A stretch of 64,000 nt of DNA from Phoronis australis (taxonomy: Eukaryota > Animalia > Phoronida), in contig NMRA01000577.1 in NCBI GenBank assembly GCA_002633005.1, positions 186,001-250,000 on the forward strand, given 5' to 3'. Positions 1 through 12,019 of this stretch are shown piece after piece; within the stretch, counting starts at the first letter, position 1; each line of letters starts with the position of its first letter. The translations under genes were made by a program, and so were the position numbers. Under the pieces are notes generated by a model that saw only the letters and a list, made by a program, of their open reading frames with translations, searched no databases and had not been told where the DNA came from.

Positions 1-601
1 AACGCGTAGTTTTGCCCAGTCAACGCATAGTTTTACTTAATCAACACGTAGTTTTACTTAACCAACGCGTACTTTTAGTTCTTAAAAGATCATCCTTCTG
101 CTTTTAATCAACGCGCACTTTTGCTTAAACGCGTAGTATCGTTTAATCAACGCGCACTATAACGTATAGCCCAATCATGCCGGTGCTCTCAAATCTCAAA
201 TTAGCGGAAGACATCCTTCATGGGTATATGGCAACTTTTAAGGAATGTTGCAGATTATGACTGCAAACTTGTCTTTGATTGGCCATAATGAATTCATAAT
301 TCAGTGCCTTGATTAAGTAAAACTACGCGTGGATTAAGCACATTTCAGCGCGCAAAAAGATACTCGTCTAAGAACCCTTTGGCACTTTATACTATATGAA
401 CTGATTTAAAGTAGGCGTCGTCGATTAAGTAAAAGTAGGCGTCGATTAAGCAAAAGTGTGCGTTGAACAAAAGCAGAACGATGGTCGTTTAAGAACTAAA
501 AGCTCGCATAAGTATGCATTGATTAAGCAAAAGTACGCGTAGATTAAGCACATTTTTACGTGCAGAAAGGTACTCGTTTAAGAACCCTTTGGTGCTCCAT
601 A
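1..601. mobile_element. Foldback-type element: 21-bp tandem repeats (AACGCGTAGTTTTACTTAATC) in inverted arrays
   Basis: Direct array at 1-160 and reverse-complement arrays at 310-570. A terminal segment ending GGCACTTTATA / GGTGCTCCATA is repeated at about 340-391 and 542-600, with a related end at about 940-1005. Confidence 0.7.
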
Positions 602-3600
602 GCTTACTGAAGGCACAGAATTGTTAAATCTACGCGATGAAATGGTCATAGTACGAAGGATAAGCATCTTACGGTACACGTGCCTATAATTAGTACGCGT
701 ACTTCATTTCGGTATGCGTACTGAATTGTGTTCAGACAAAGGTTACGCGCGTATAGGATCAAGAAGGCTCCCCAGAATCTTACTAATAGTAAATGGCTCC
801 TATCGATCAACTGGAATTCGTTGGTGCCATAACACTCTTGTAGGGTTAGGGTATGCGCACTGCTTATAGATACCTGTACTATAATATTTTAAACAGTTTT
901 CGTCAAATGACGGTTTGTGTGCACAGAATGGCCAAATCTGCGCGTTTATTAAGCACATTTTAAATCGTAGAAAGTAAACAGCTTCAGGCCGCTTTGGCGC
1001 TTCATACAAATTTGTCTCGACTGCCAGACCAAAACAATACTAATATAGCACACCATAATTCTAAGAAGTTAGGACGAAACGGTCAACCAAATGTTCGATA
1101 CCACTTCACATTCTGAACACTCGAATTATGTCTCCGAGTTGTTTCATGCCTGTGCACATGCGAACTTTAATCGGAACAGCAAATGAAGAATTTGTTCAAC
1201 TGACGGTTTAACATCATGACTATCAGCCCAGAAATGGCAGGTTAGGGGTATCCTGGGACATACGACAAGAGAGTCACATGACTTGCTGTAACAATTGAAG
1301 TACGCACATGCGCAGATATGAAGCATCTCAGAGGGATAATTTTAGGCTACGTCCTTCTGGATGTCCACTATCATCAGTGTTCGCCCGAGAATACGTTTGT
1401 GCTTCAATCAGCGCAATTAAGCTAAGGAAAGTGCATATTGAGTTATTGAGTCACTTTGGATAACATGTAAGAATAAGATCAAAGAAATTATCGGTTTCAT
1501 TTCTTTTTTACATGTTCCTGTATTTCCATAGATAAATGCACCACCTGCTTTGTCTCATTTTTCAATATAATTTATGCGTAGTTCTGTTCTAGTGTATGAT
1601 TTCTGGACTGTTTTCACGGATTCCAAGAAATTAAAATTAACCCAAAAATTGTGTATCGGTCTACAGGGTTTGGAAGTGTCGGACGAACATTGTTATCAAA
1701 GTGTTGAAATAAACCCATGGTCAATATGTAGTACTTTTCGATATTGTCACCTCAGTTTAGCGAGATGCAAGTATTTCCCGAAGATATCAAACCGAATGTC
1801 AGTAATGTATTTGTAAGGAATGCTTAAATATCTGCACATACCAACTACAGAGAAAGCTAGCTATCTAAATTCTCAAAAAATCAATATCCAGTGAAAACTT
1901 TAATTGGCACAATGGGGTCTTTCAATGCAAGGGAATTTAGAGTTTTGCGTGTTTTTAAGGACTCACCATAACTTAAACTATCTTGCTGTGTTTGACAGAC
2001 AAGACGGTTTGGTCAGTGCCATCAAAAGGCTTAGCAATTTATTAGGAATAGTGTTAAAGTCACTTAACATCAGATTACTCATCTGGCGAATATTCAAGTT
2101 TTGGTAGCGTCGCCTATTGGCTCAGTTCACGAACTACAAATAGTCAAAACTTGACCAGAAGATCACGGGAGGTCCGTCGTACGTTTCTTCAACTATTGGC
2201 AGTGCACGTCAGTGCGAGGCAAGAAAAATCCACTGACCTCTCGGCAAATCCGCTTGCAAAAAGTGTTGATTCTTTGTGTTTCTGTGTGTCTATAATCGCT
2301 ATCACCCGAGGGGGGTATTAATTTGCTAACGGTTTCTCTCTACAGTACTGCTTCAGAACAATGACAAAGCATTATGCGGGTGGTGGTTCGGATTTTTAGA
2401 AGGGTGGACCTTTTACAGGCGTCAACCCTCGAGTTCTTGGTAAGGAGCTTGACGCAGGTTAATTATGGGGAAGGGAAATCTGTATCCACGGCAACGATGG
2501 CTCTCAGCTCTGTGTTCTTGAGATAAGACGGAATTTGTAATACCAGAAATGAGAATCTCGTGACGGTTGCTCGCAAACAACAGGAATCAAATTCGGACAT
2601 AATGTGATCCATAAATATGGACTAACGTTCTCGCCATACCGCGAATAATACGCTTACAATCACCGCCCTTCCTTCTGAGCGGCTTTCACCAGGATCAAAG
2701 AGAGTGCGGCGTCCGTGTCGCTACGGTTGTGTTGACCGCATTGTCCTGCGCGAGCAAGACCCAATGAAGTGTAATTACACGACCATAAACTGTCGTAATC
2801 ATCACTACCTGTACATAATGGCGAATTTTCGTAATGCATTAATGAATAATTTGTGTTAAAAATGAATACCACGGCGTTATTCAGCTGGATGAAACAACCA
2901 AGTAAGGATTTGGATTTTCAAAAATCGATGAACTTAAAAGAAACATTGGGTACGATTGAAGGTAAACGACCAAGCGCATCGATACAATAGGGGGATTTAC
3001 AAAAACTGATCAGAGTTAACAATATATCACATTCTTTCAATCTCGTTTAACCAGAATTTTGACTAGGAAACAGCTGTATTTAACTTGTGCCCACTCTATA
3101 TTTTTATGGCTGATAAAAAGCTAGAATAGTTATGTAGTTAGTGCAACCGAAATCGTCCAGAGATTCCAGATCTTCAGTTTGGCTATCCATTTTCACTTTT
3201 GTATATATTTTATGATTTGAGTTCTAATAAAGATTAAACTCGCACTAATTTTACGTGTGGTTTTGTTCGTTATGAAATGTTTAATGTAGCAGTAATCTGG
3301 AAAGTTCCGGGATGGGTTCACAATTACCTAAACTAATTGAGTTTCGCTGGCGATCAAATCTGCTACTGCTTTTGGTACTCCAAGTTTAAAAATAAAATAA
3401 AAAGATATCAACCCGTTCCTGGTAAGAAAAAAAACAACATCAGTATTAAAATGAAATAACAAAAACCGGTATGAAACATATTTAAAACCATCGTTCCTTT
3501 GGGACGTTGCCTATGGTCAAGATAAACACAAATTAAATTTTTTAGTCATTTTGTAATGTTTAAAATGTACCAAGTTAAAACTGCTTTCTACAGGCTGTAA

Positions 3601-3969
3601 CTTTGTGCAAATGCCATAGAAAATCAATTTGGGTGAACTAACAACCATCATTTTTGAGACAGTAGTGCTAGCTATTACCTTTCGACTTCATTAGCTCAGA
3701 TCTACGTCAATACAAAGGGCGTGCTGAATAGGCATCATAAAAGTTGTCTGGGGCAAAGGGAATCTGAGCGGTGACCAGTTTAAGCGAGAAGTTCTCCACA
3801 TGGCGTTAGGCCTACCTCCTGCCAAACTTTCAAATCGGGCTTTTTTAACTGAGTGATTACACATCATCACCTACTCAGATGGAAATATTTAGTCAGAGAA
3901 TGGCTTGACGTAATTTTTCATCTGATAGTATTTTTGTTAAAAGTTGCTTACATCGCTGGAAATGGAACA

Positions 3970-4810
3970 GCCCACTATTCCGCCGGTTCACTATTCCGAA
4001 GGTTCACTACTTCGAAGGTTCACCCCTCCGAAGGTTCACTTCTCCGAAAATGTCTAAAATTTCTGAATCAGGTGTAATTGCTGTACTTTTACATGCAAAA
4101 ATAAGCGACACTTCGGTTATTAGATGCAACTATACCGACAAAAAATACACCCGGCTAATAAATCACTTTGTTTGGATTCCAGGCGCATGTGAAATTGCTC
4201 GCATGTCTTACGAATACGGAGAAATAAGTACGTACTTGCATTTGTGAAAGAATATGAAGTAGGAACGTTGATGAATTATCAACCACGATACATTCATCAA
4301 TCTCATGTCAAGATCGCATCATCTCACAACAGCGTGACAGAAAAGTTTAGGGCCGCTGCGCTTCAACCTCACCCACCGGAACTACTCGCACGGCCGGGTC
4401 GAAACTAAATGTAGTTAGTAAGCTACCCTGCCCCTGCCAGTCTTCACGAAATCTCATTCAGTCTTATAAAATTCAAAACCACCGTTGGTCGCCGGACCCG
4501 TGTGCCATATATTGACGGTCCCTAATTGAGAATGAATCTTTAGTTAGATTCAAGCATTAAGATTGCCAGTGATTGGAACTGAGCTCTTTTGTGACCAATC
4601 TAAATCAAACTTTTCCGGACTATTCAAGACTTGCACATCCTTTAAATGGTTAATAAATGGACACCAGTACAATACCTTATTCATTTTCAGTTCTGAATCA
4701 TTAGTAGAAAATCAGGGTAATGAACTGTCAGAGTTCTGGTTTTGGAATTGTGGACATTCGAAGTGGTGAACTTTCGAAGGTAGCGAACCTTCGGAGTAGT
4801 GAACCCTCGG
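3970..4810. mobile_element. Non-autonomous DNA transposon with inverted arrays of a 16-bp subterminal repeat (GGTTCACTACTCCGAA)
   Basis: About 5 direct units at 3970-4048 and 3-4 reverse-complement units at 4757-4810; non-coding interior. Confidence 0.7.
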
Positions 4811-6799
4811 TCATGTACATGTAACCTTGGAAATCTTTTCCATCAAAATTGTTGCTCGTATGAAATCTTTAAAGCTGTGCACCATTGACATTGAGAGGAC
4901 TTTCTTCATTGACCAAGGTTTTAACGAGATCTAGACTTACCTAATAATGTGAACATCCGAGGATTTTTCAGTGCAAGAAAACGCGGTAGCAAAATGTCTG
5001 ATTTTTGAGAAACGACAGAGTAGTCAGTGAACATACCGTCGGCGTGAACTGAATTTAAAAGAACGGAAACGCACACACGTGTACACGCATGCATGTCAAT
5101 CCACCAATCCACAATTAAAGTGGGCACTTGATGATCAAGATATCTGACGATGACTTTAAATTCGAAATTGAAAATGCCTGCAATTAATCTAAACTATGCT
5201 AGAAAGTACACCAAAGTAGCAAATAACAAACACATTTTCTGATGTTTTGTTTCTTGGTCGATTTTACAAGGCATTCACACCGCACTACTTTTGGGGATCT
5301 CTCTCGATGCTATAAAGTTTGAGCTAGGCATAGACATTTACTTCTAGACTTCCTTGTTACCCTATGGTGTAGAGACCTAGCGCTTTCAATGCCGATGAAT
5401 AACATAAAGCCCGCTCCTACGCAGTCACCACTAGGGCCGGATACGACCCGATGATTATGTGAAGCGCTTTACATCAGAAGTAAATTCAAAATTAATATTA
5501 ACTTGGTTATGATTGTAGTTAGTTGAACTTGTAGTCAGAACATTTTTTTTGTCCATTTATTAAATCCTATCTTATCCTATCGGATAGGTTGGGGCTGGAC
5601 CTTTTCCTCGGAGGGGGTTCGATCGAACCCCTACCCCCGAACCCCCCTGGCTACGGGCCTGGTGTTATGGGGCTAAATACCAACGCATGATATACAAGCA
5701 ATTTTGGTTGATCATGATTTATGAAAATATACTTGAATTCACATGACTGGTATAGTATGATATAAATGGCGGAGAATAAAGTCATATTAATGGTTGATAT
5801 AATTTTTCTTGCATGGTTTATCATCATTCACGATAATTCTTATAAATTCTTGTCGATGAGCAATGATAAATGAACAAAAGAGGCTTTCCTAAATGGTGAC
5901 TATGAATGACATTCAGACTGAAAGCAATCTCATGATGATCATTTATCCTCAGCCTGGCATGAATTCGTATCAGTCAAAATGGGGGGCGTATTCAAAAAGG
6001 TTTTAGTCTGCGCTAGGCCTATCCGCTGCAGACACATTCTTCAGAACCGGCATTGAAAAATATGCACGTTTCGAATCAGATTTAAAGAAACAAAGCTTTT
6101 AATTCGAGGCTATTACATGACGCCAGCGATGAGGAACTCGTGGGCGAGCTAGCACCAGTGAGCAATGAGATTTTCACAAAACAATCGATTCAGTCAACGC
6201 TCAGTGACTTTAGTTTACCTTGTTTGCGGCCCGTAGAGAATTGAGGGAGTGCGGTTAACACAAATTTGCGTCAGTGGGTATTAGCATTGAAATACGAACT
6301 CACACGCTATTGTTGTGCTGTATTAGGCTCCAGACACGCGATGTGGCACTCAAATGTGGGGATTTGACTGTAACAAATTTCCTAAGAAATAGAGAGTATC
6401 ACTTTCCTGTTGAATTCCCGACGACAGAGTGCCTTCCCTGGATTGAATTTCCCACCATGGTCTTCACCTCCCGAATTTAGATGGCCGAAACCGCAACTAG
6501 AAAAGGGTGGCATCTAAGTTATCCCAAAAAAATCTCTACGACAGATTTACTTTCCCTGCCAGTCCTCTACAAGTGACTTCTTTCCGTGTCTGCTTATTAA
6601 AGGGATTGGTAACCTCCCAGCTGCGCATCCCCACCAGAACTTCTGTCATTGTCGCCATTTCCATAGTTTGACGCCGACAACTTCACATGCACGCTGCATG
6701 TTATAAGGTCCAATAAAGACACTTGGAGAATTATTTACAAGTGCGTTAGCAACGAACTCAATGCTAATGTTGTCCTTGATGTCCTTTCATAATTCGCAG

Positions 6800-7274
6800 T
6801 TTCCCGGCGGCAAAGTAGACAGCTGATCCGGGTAACATCTGAAGGAGCGCACCCTATCGGTAACGAATTTATAGCGTCAATCTTAAATTTTAAGACTGTA
6901 GCATAAAACTATAGTACCGTATAGTCAATACTAAATTCGGAAGGTAGGGTAATTCAGATTTAATTTGACGGTCTCCAGTTTCAGGAATTGAAGAGGTCCT
7001 ATTTTGTTTCTTTTTACAGAATATAATAACAACGAGACGGTATACTAGTGCGAGAGTTTACTGCAGTGGGAATACCCTCAAGCGTCTTACGACCGATGGC
7101 TTGTATGTTCAAATCAGTGGGCTATTTGTGAGACTGTTGATGAATATAAGAGAAACCTTTTTCATTGTTACAGAACGTGCACTGAAAGATGGGATTTTAC
7201 AACGATACATAATCCAATGGCGAGAGTACTACTACACAAAAGTCGGCCAAGTCCGACGACGTCATAACCGTACA
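6800..7274 (+). pseudogene. Possible degraded exons with a fibronectin type III-like signature
   Basis: Strong acceptors (ttttgtttctttttacag at about 7019; tttttcattgttacag at about 7172) and donors (G|gtaacg at 6859, CAG|gtaacc at 7274). Peptides LQWEYP and DGILQRYIIQWREY resemble the FN3 W.pP...nG.I..Y.i.w pattern, but there is an in-frame stop or frameshift and the phases do not join. Confidence 0.3.
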
Positions 7275-7492
7275 GGTAACCAAAGGTAGATTACTGTCTA
7301 CCGCTTGTAGCCTATATGAGTACTTTAAGAAGCAAGGAATCAGCTACCGTGTACACTGCCATCTCGTGACAGTTGTTAATGTCAAAACGTATAGGAATCA
7401 CATACAGTCTTACTGGGTTCTGCCTGGCAGTGGCCTTCCACCCCGGTTTCTTCCAAAACAATTGCGAGTCCTTTCACATCAAAACCGCTACA

Positions 7493-8324
7493 CAGTCGGA
7501 TCTACGGAGGGGGGGTTCAGGGGGTTTAACCCCCCCCCCCTCGGGCCAGGACCCAAAAATTAAAAAAACAAAACAAAAACGTCTCCAGAAAAACAAAAAC
7601 TTCACCGCCAGCATGTGTAAACCCTGAGTAAACCAACTTGGAAAAAATGAGGGGGGGNNNNNNNNNNNNNNNNNNNNNNNNNNNNNNNNNNNNNNNNNNN
7701 NNNNNNNNNNNNNNNNNNNNNNNNNNNNNNNNNNNNNNNNNNNNNNNNNNNNNNNNNNNNNNNNNNNNNNNNNNNNNNNNNNNNNNNNNNNNNNNNNNNN
7801 NNNNNNNNNNNNNNNNNNNNNNNNNNNNNNNNNNNNNNNNNNNNNNNNNNNNNNNNNNNNNNNNNNNNNNNNNNNNNNNNNNNNNNNNNNNNNNNNNNNN
7901 NNNNNNNNNNNNNNNNNNNNNNNNNNNNNNNNNNNNNNNNNNNNNNNNNNNNNNNNNNNNNNNNNNNNNNNNNNNNNNNNNNNNNNNNNNNNNNNNNNNN
8001 NNNNNNNNNNNNNNNNNNNNNNNNNNNNNNNNNNNNNNNNNNNNNNNNNNNNNNNNNNNNNNNNNNNNNNNNNNNNNNNNNNNNNNNNNNNNNNNNNNNN
8101 NNNNNNNNNNNNNNNNNNNNNNNNNNNNNNNNNNNNNNNNNNNNNNNNNNNNNNNNNNNNNNNNNNNNNNNNNNNNNNNNNNNNNNNNNNNNNNNNNNNN
8201 NNNNNNNNNNNNNNNNNNNNNNNNNNNNNNNNNNNNNNNNNCCCCCCGCTCGGCGCCACGCGCCTCGGATTCGACCTTTGGTGGAATCCTAACCCCCCCT
8301 TACTGAAAACGTAGATCGCCTCTG
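7493..8324. mobile_element. hAT-like MITE spanning an assembly gap
   Basis: Imperfect TIRs CAGTCGGATCTACG / CGTAGATCGCCTCTG with G/C-run subterminal motifs; the interior is mostly N. Confidence 0.55.
7658..8241. other. Assembly gap
   Basis: N-run between G-run and C-run homopolymers. Confidence 0.99.
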
Positions 8325-10824
8325 GCTACGTATGACCACAGCAATTTTATTATGTCTCACAATTTTGGTCTTTTCGCATCCACCGATAAAGGAAGCGAGA
8401 TTCCAAACAAGGCTGCAAAAACGCAACTCAAAACTGACCAATTCCTTGCCAATAAGTCCACAATATATTCTGAGAGCAGATTCCAAAAACGTGTTCCAAA
8501 AGTGCTGCCATCCAACTACATATTTTGCAATTCTGGATTGTTAAGGAGCTACTTAAAATCGCAGCAGATTTCTCAGTCGCTATGCAGAAGTGCAACAATG
8601 CTACAGGGGCCACTAATTTGAAGAAAATTGTATCTGCAGCCAAACCAGTGGATTTTTCTTATTCTCAACATGTTTACAAATACAAACAAACCCGCTTCAG
8701 AAAATCTACTGGCAATGCACATCCCAAAACTTCTAAAAAACTTGACCTACCCGAAATATTCAGTTTTAAGGCATTGCAAATTGACCGGGCCACAGTCTGG
8801 CTGGGCAGTGCGGACCATAAGTCGAAAGCCCTAGTCATAAATAGCATCTGTCACAGCGCCATCTATACGGGAGAGTGGTGCAGAGCAAGGATGATTGACA
8901 CGTAAAAATCAGTGTGTGGCATCGTTTGCATGCCTTTATTTGGACGCTTTACGTAGAGACGTGATACAAAAATGAGCCGCAAAATATAGTGAATTGTTTT
9001 GTTTTATGATTCGCTACCTTAAGTGTGCCAAAAAACGCGAACTTCTGTGGAATACATCCGCGATATGTTTTAGTGTTGCGGCGGCCGCAAGACACAAGAG
9101 CATTTCTCCATAGATAGAGCAGTAATGCTGTGCGTTTCTCAACATCAACCAATCGGAATATCTGGATATTGTTTTCCGACAAATCGAAATTTCTGAATGT
9201 TATAGTTCGTTCATTCTGCTAAGTAATGAGAAACCATGTTATATACGATCCTTTCCAAAGGAGTGCAAAGCTTTGCTTTAGTGGGACACAACAATCGCCC
9301 CCCACTGAGTAACGCCTCCTCAACCAACCAGTTTCGCGCCGAGATTGACACCAATTTTACACCCCTCTATCCCCAATCGACACTCGTTCTATTTCAGTTT
9401 GCAACCTGGCCCGTCGATTCAGTTATCCCCGCGGCCCCCCTGCGACGACTTTTCTACCTCCACTCCGCCCCCTTTTGGTTGCTTCAGCAGACCCGTAGGA
9501 ATGTAAACATTATTGGGGATGGGGGAGGGGACCACAGATTAATTTGACTTAACCAAACGTTCACCTTATTAGTGTCAAAATCAGATTCTTCCTTTTCGCC
9601 ACCATTTCAGTCCCGCCCCTTGTCGTCGCCAATTTCTCACCCTTTCGGACTTTGCACTTTGGGGCAAATTCAGGTGGAGGCAGTCACCAGAAACTTGGAT
9701 ACATGTACTATAATAACATTTCACTTTTTAGACCTGAGAGCGTTACGCGGTAACACTGTTAAGGTACGACTTTTAGGGGATATCTTTTATGCATCTCAAA
9801 AAATGTCATAAGTTGCACTGGCTAAACCATTCTTTAGGGGTATAAATTTGCCGTGCGAAACGCCTACCGCGGGCTGCGAAATCCGGAGAAATACAGAAAG
9901 AAACAACATCACCTAAAAATAGAAGACGGAACATCGTGTCGGAAACTTCCGTTATAGTTCCGTCCATTTCCGAGAGTAAAATGAGGCCTAAAGTCACATT
10001 TCACTTTGTCATGGTGATGATGATACAGTGGCCGAATTTCCTCATACTTTGTCAAACTTAACCGAAATAACAAATTTCTTAGAGGGTTATTTCAAATTAG
10101 CAAATACCGCACACTTTACTGTTTGGTTTAGGATGGATACAGATTTTCCCGAATTTTATCAAAGTTCACGGAAGCATCATCAATTTCATGCAACTTCAGC
10201 TTATAATAAAACAATCGCCCATGAATCCTTAGCTACATAAACATGTAAATCAGACCACAACCCTTGCTGGAAATAGCCTTGCTATGTTACATCACCATAC
10301 GGCAACACAGTATGAAAACTGATGGCACGCAAATTATGAGTTGACTGCCGATTGTTTTAAAGTTGCAAAGCATCCGTAATTCATGGCATGGAATTTTTAG
10401 GCAAATTCCGAAGGGGTGGACACAGATGTATGTACCTCACTAGCAGCCGGGAGAGCACGGGGGAGGAGGCATGCCACCGGAGGATTGGGAGCCTTCCTCT
10501 AAGATATTTTCAAAATTGATTAGTGTTAACGTGAATTCTGGTTCATTCCAGTAGCAGCCCATCGCGGTTTATCAGTAAATTTACACTTTAAAACGAAGTG
10601 TTTGTTTATTGACACTACATGCCCTTCAAGTGCCTTCTGTCGTTAGACATGTATACTGCACACGGTCGCCAAAAATCATACTCTTGGCAGTCTGATCGAA
10701 ACAGCAAGTTTCGTATACAAATAACTCACTCGACCTACATTACTACCTCTGTGTAATTTACTAATTATGGTCTCCAAATTCTTCTTTCGTTAGATTCTGG
10801 TGATGTTTTTGGAACAGTCTCAAG

Positions 10825-10970
10825 CAGTGCTGTAGTGGGACGTTGGCGCAAGTAACCACCTTTTGGCATTTGAACGTAGCGCCTAGGCACCGTAAGTTAT
10901 GTTCAGTGTTCAAGGTGATACGGTGGTTTTTGGGCGCCTACTTACCTCTGATTTTACCACTACAACAATG
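10825..10970. mobile_element. hAT-type MITE, older copy
   Basis: TIR CAGTGCTGTAGTGG / CCACTACAACAATG; 8-bp TSD GTCTCAAG / GTCTGAAG (7 of 8); homologous to 35431-35586. Confidence 0.85.
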
Positions 10971-11892
10971 GTCTGAAGATCTTTGTACCCTTTCACGTTT
11001 TTCGAACAGTGTCACGTTTTTTAGTTGTTTGGACCACTTCTTGATGATGCAATGCTTCGCCTGAATATTTCGTGGTTTTTATGGCCTGTTTGATTTTGTT
11101 CTAGTTTACCTCAAAAATAGCCGACTGATCAAACTTATTCAAAATAAAAGACCTAAGCGATTGTCCTGGATATGCTGAGAAGAAATGATTGTGACGTGAT
11201 TGATTCATTGTCTGTAATTGGTCATTTTGTTTGAGACAAGCAAATACCATATCACCCAGACGCACGACGTCCATTTCGAAACATTGACGTCACATAGGTT
11301 CTCCGCAGTGAATGGTTTTAGGAACAGTCTTCTCTTGCATAGGAAATTAATGTTAAATTGCTTTTTTGAAATCATAGCTGAAATTCTTTTAAACACGAAA
11401 ATAAAGGAAACTTAAGATGCCATGGGTAAAAATTGTGAATTAATAGTTTGGTAAAAATCTAATGTTCACTTCATATGCTTTTTTGTGCTTACACCGTGCC
11501 AAGTATTCTAAACAAAGTCAGTCTAAATGTTTGAAGTAACAAATCTACTGTAACTAACGAGTCGATGTGCTAACAGGCAGACGATTAAGAGATCTTAATT
11601 GCAAGATTTCCGATATTTGTAATTGTTATCGCCTCGTTAAGCACACCATAAATAGCTTTTCGTGAGCCCAGTTCTACATGGAAATCTGCAGTAGGTTTTA
11701 ACTGCAAACAGTACCTTCAATAAATTTTCGGTGGGGTTTGTTTATTTTTGTAAAAAACAGAAAATATAATTTTGCATGCTGAGGGTCCAAGTGAAGAGTT
11801 TTACGGTAGAGCCTCCTGGTGTTGAATAATCAAACTGCGGTGTCTTGTTTCGTGATCACATGATTGAACATCGCAGTGTAGATCTGCCTCCC

Positions 11893-12019
11893 GTTCAGTA
11901 ACGCTAGGACTTCGCTAAAAAGAAAGACTTCGCGAGATTACGCGAGATATTGCCGTGTATTTTAAGTGAGAACACGTGACTTTAGTTAGCTCCTAGCGTA
12001 GGTCCTAGCGTTACTGAAC
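11893..12019. mobile_element. Small MITE (possibly PIF/Harbinger-like)
   Basis: Perfect 18-bp inverted repeat GTTCAGTAACGCTAGGAC / GTCCTAGCGTTACTGAAC around about 90 bp; outer ends are decayed. Confidence 0.7.

Noticed and set aside
2650-2810. CpG-rich exon-like segment on the minus strand (SDDYDSLWSCNY...)
   Set aside because: No recognisable domain and no partner exons.
7474-8306. Long ORFs of 222-261 aa in the track
   Set aside because: Artefacts of translating the N-gap.
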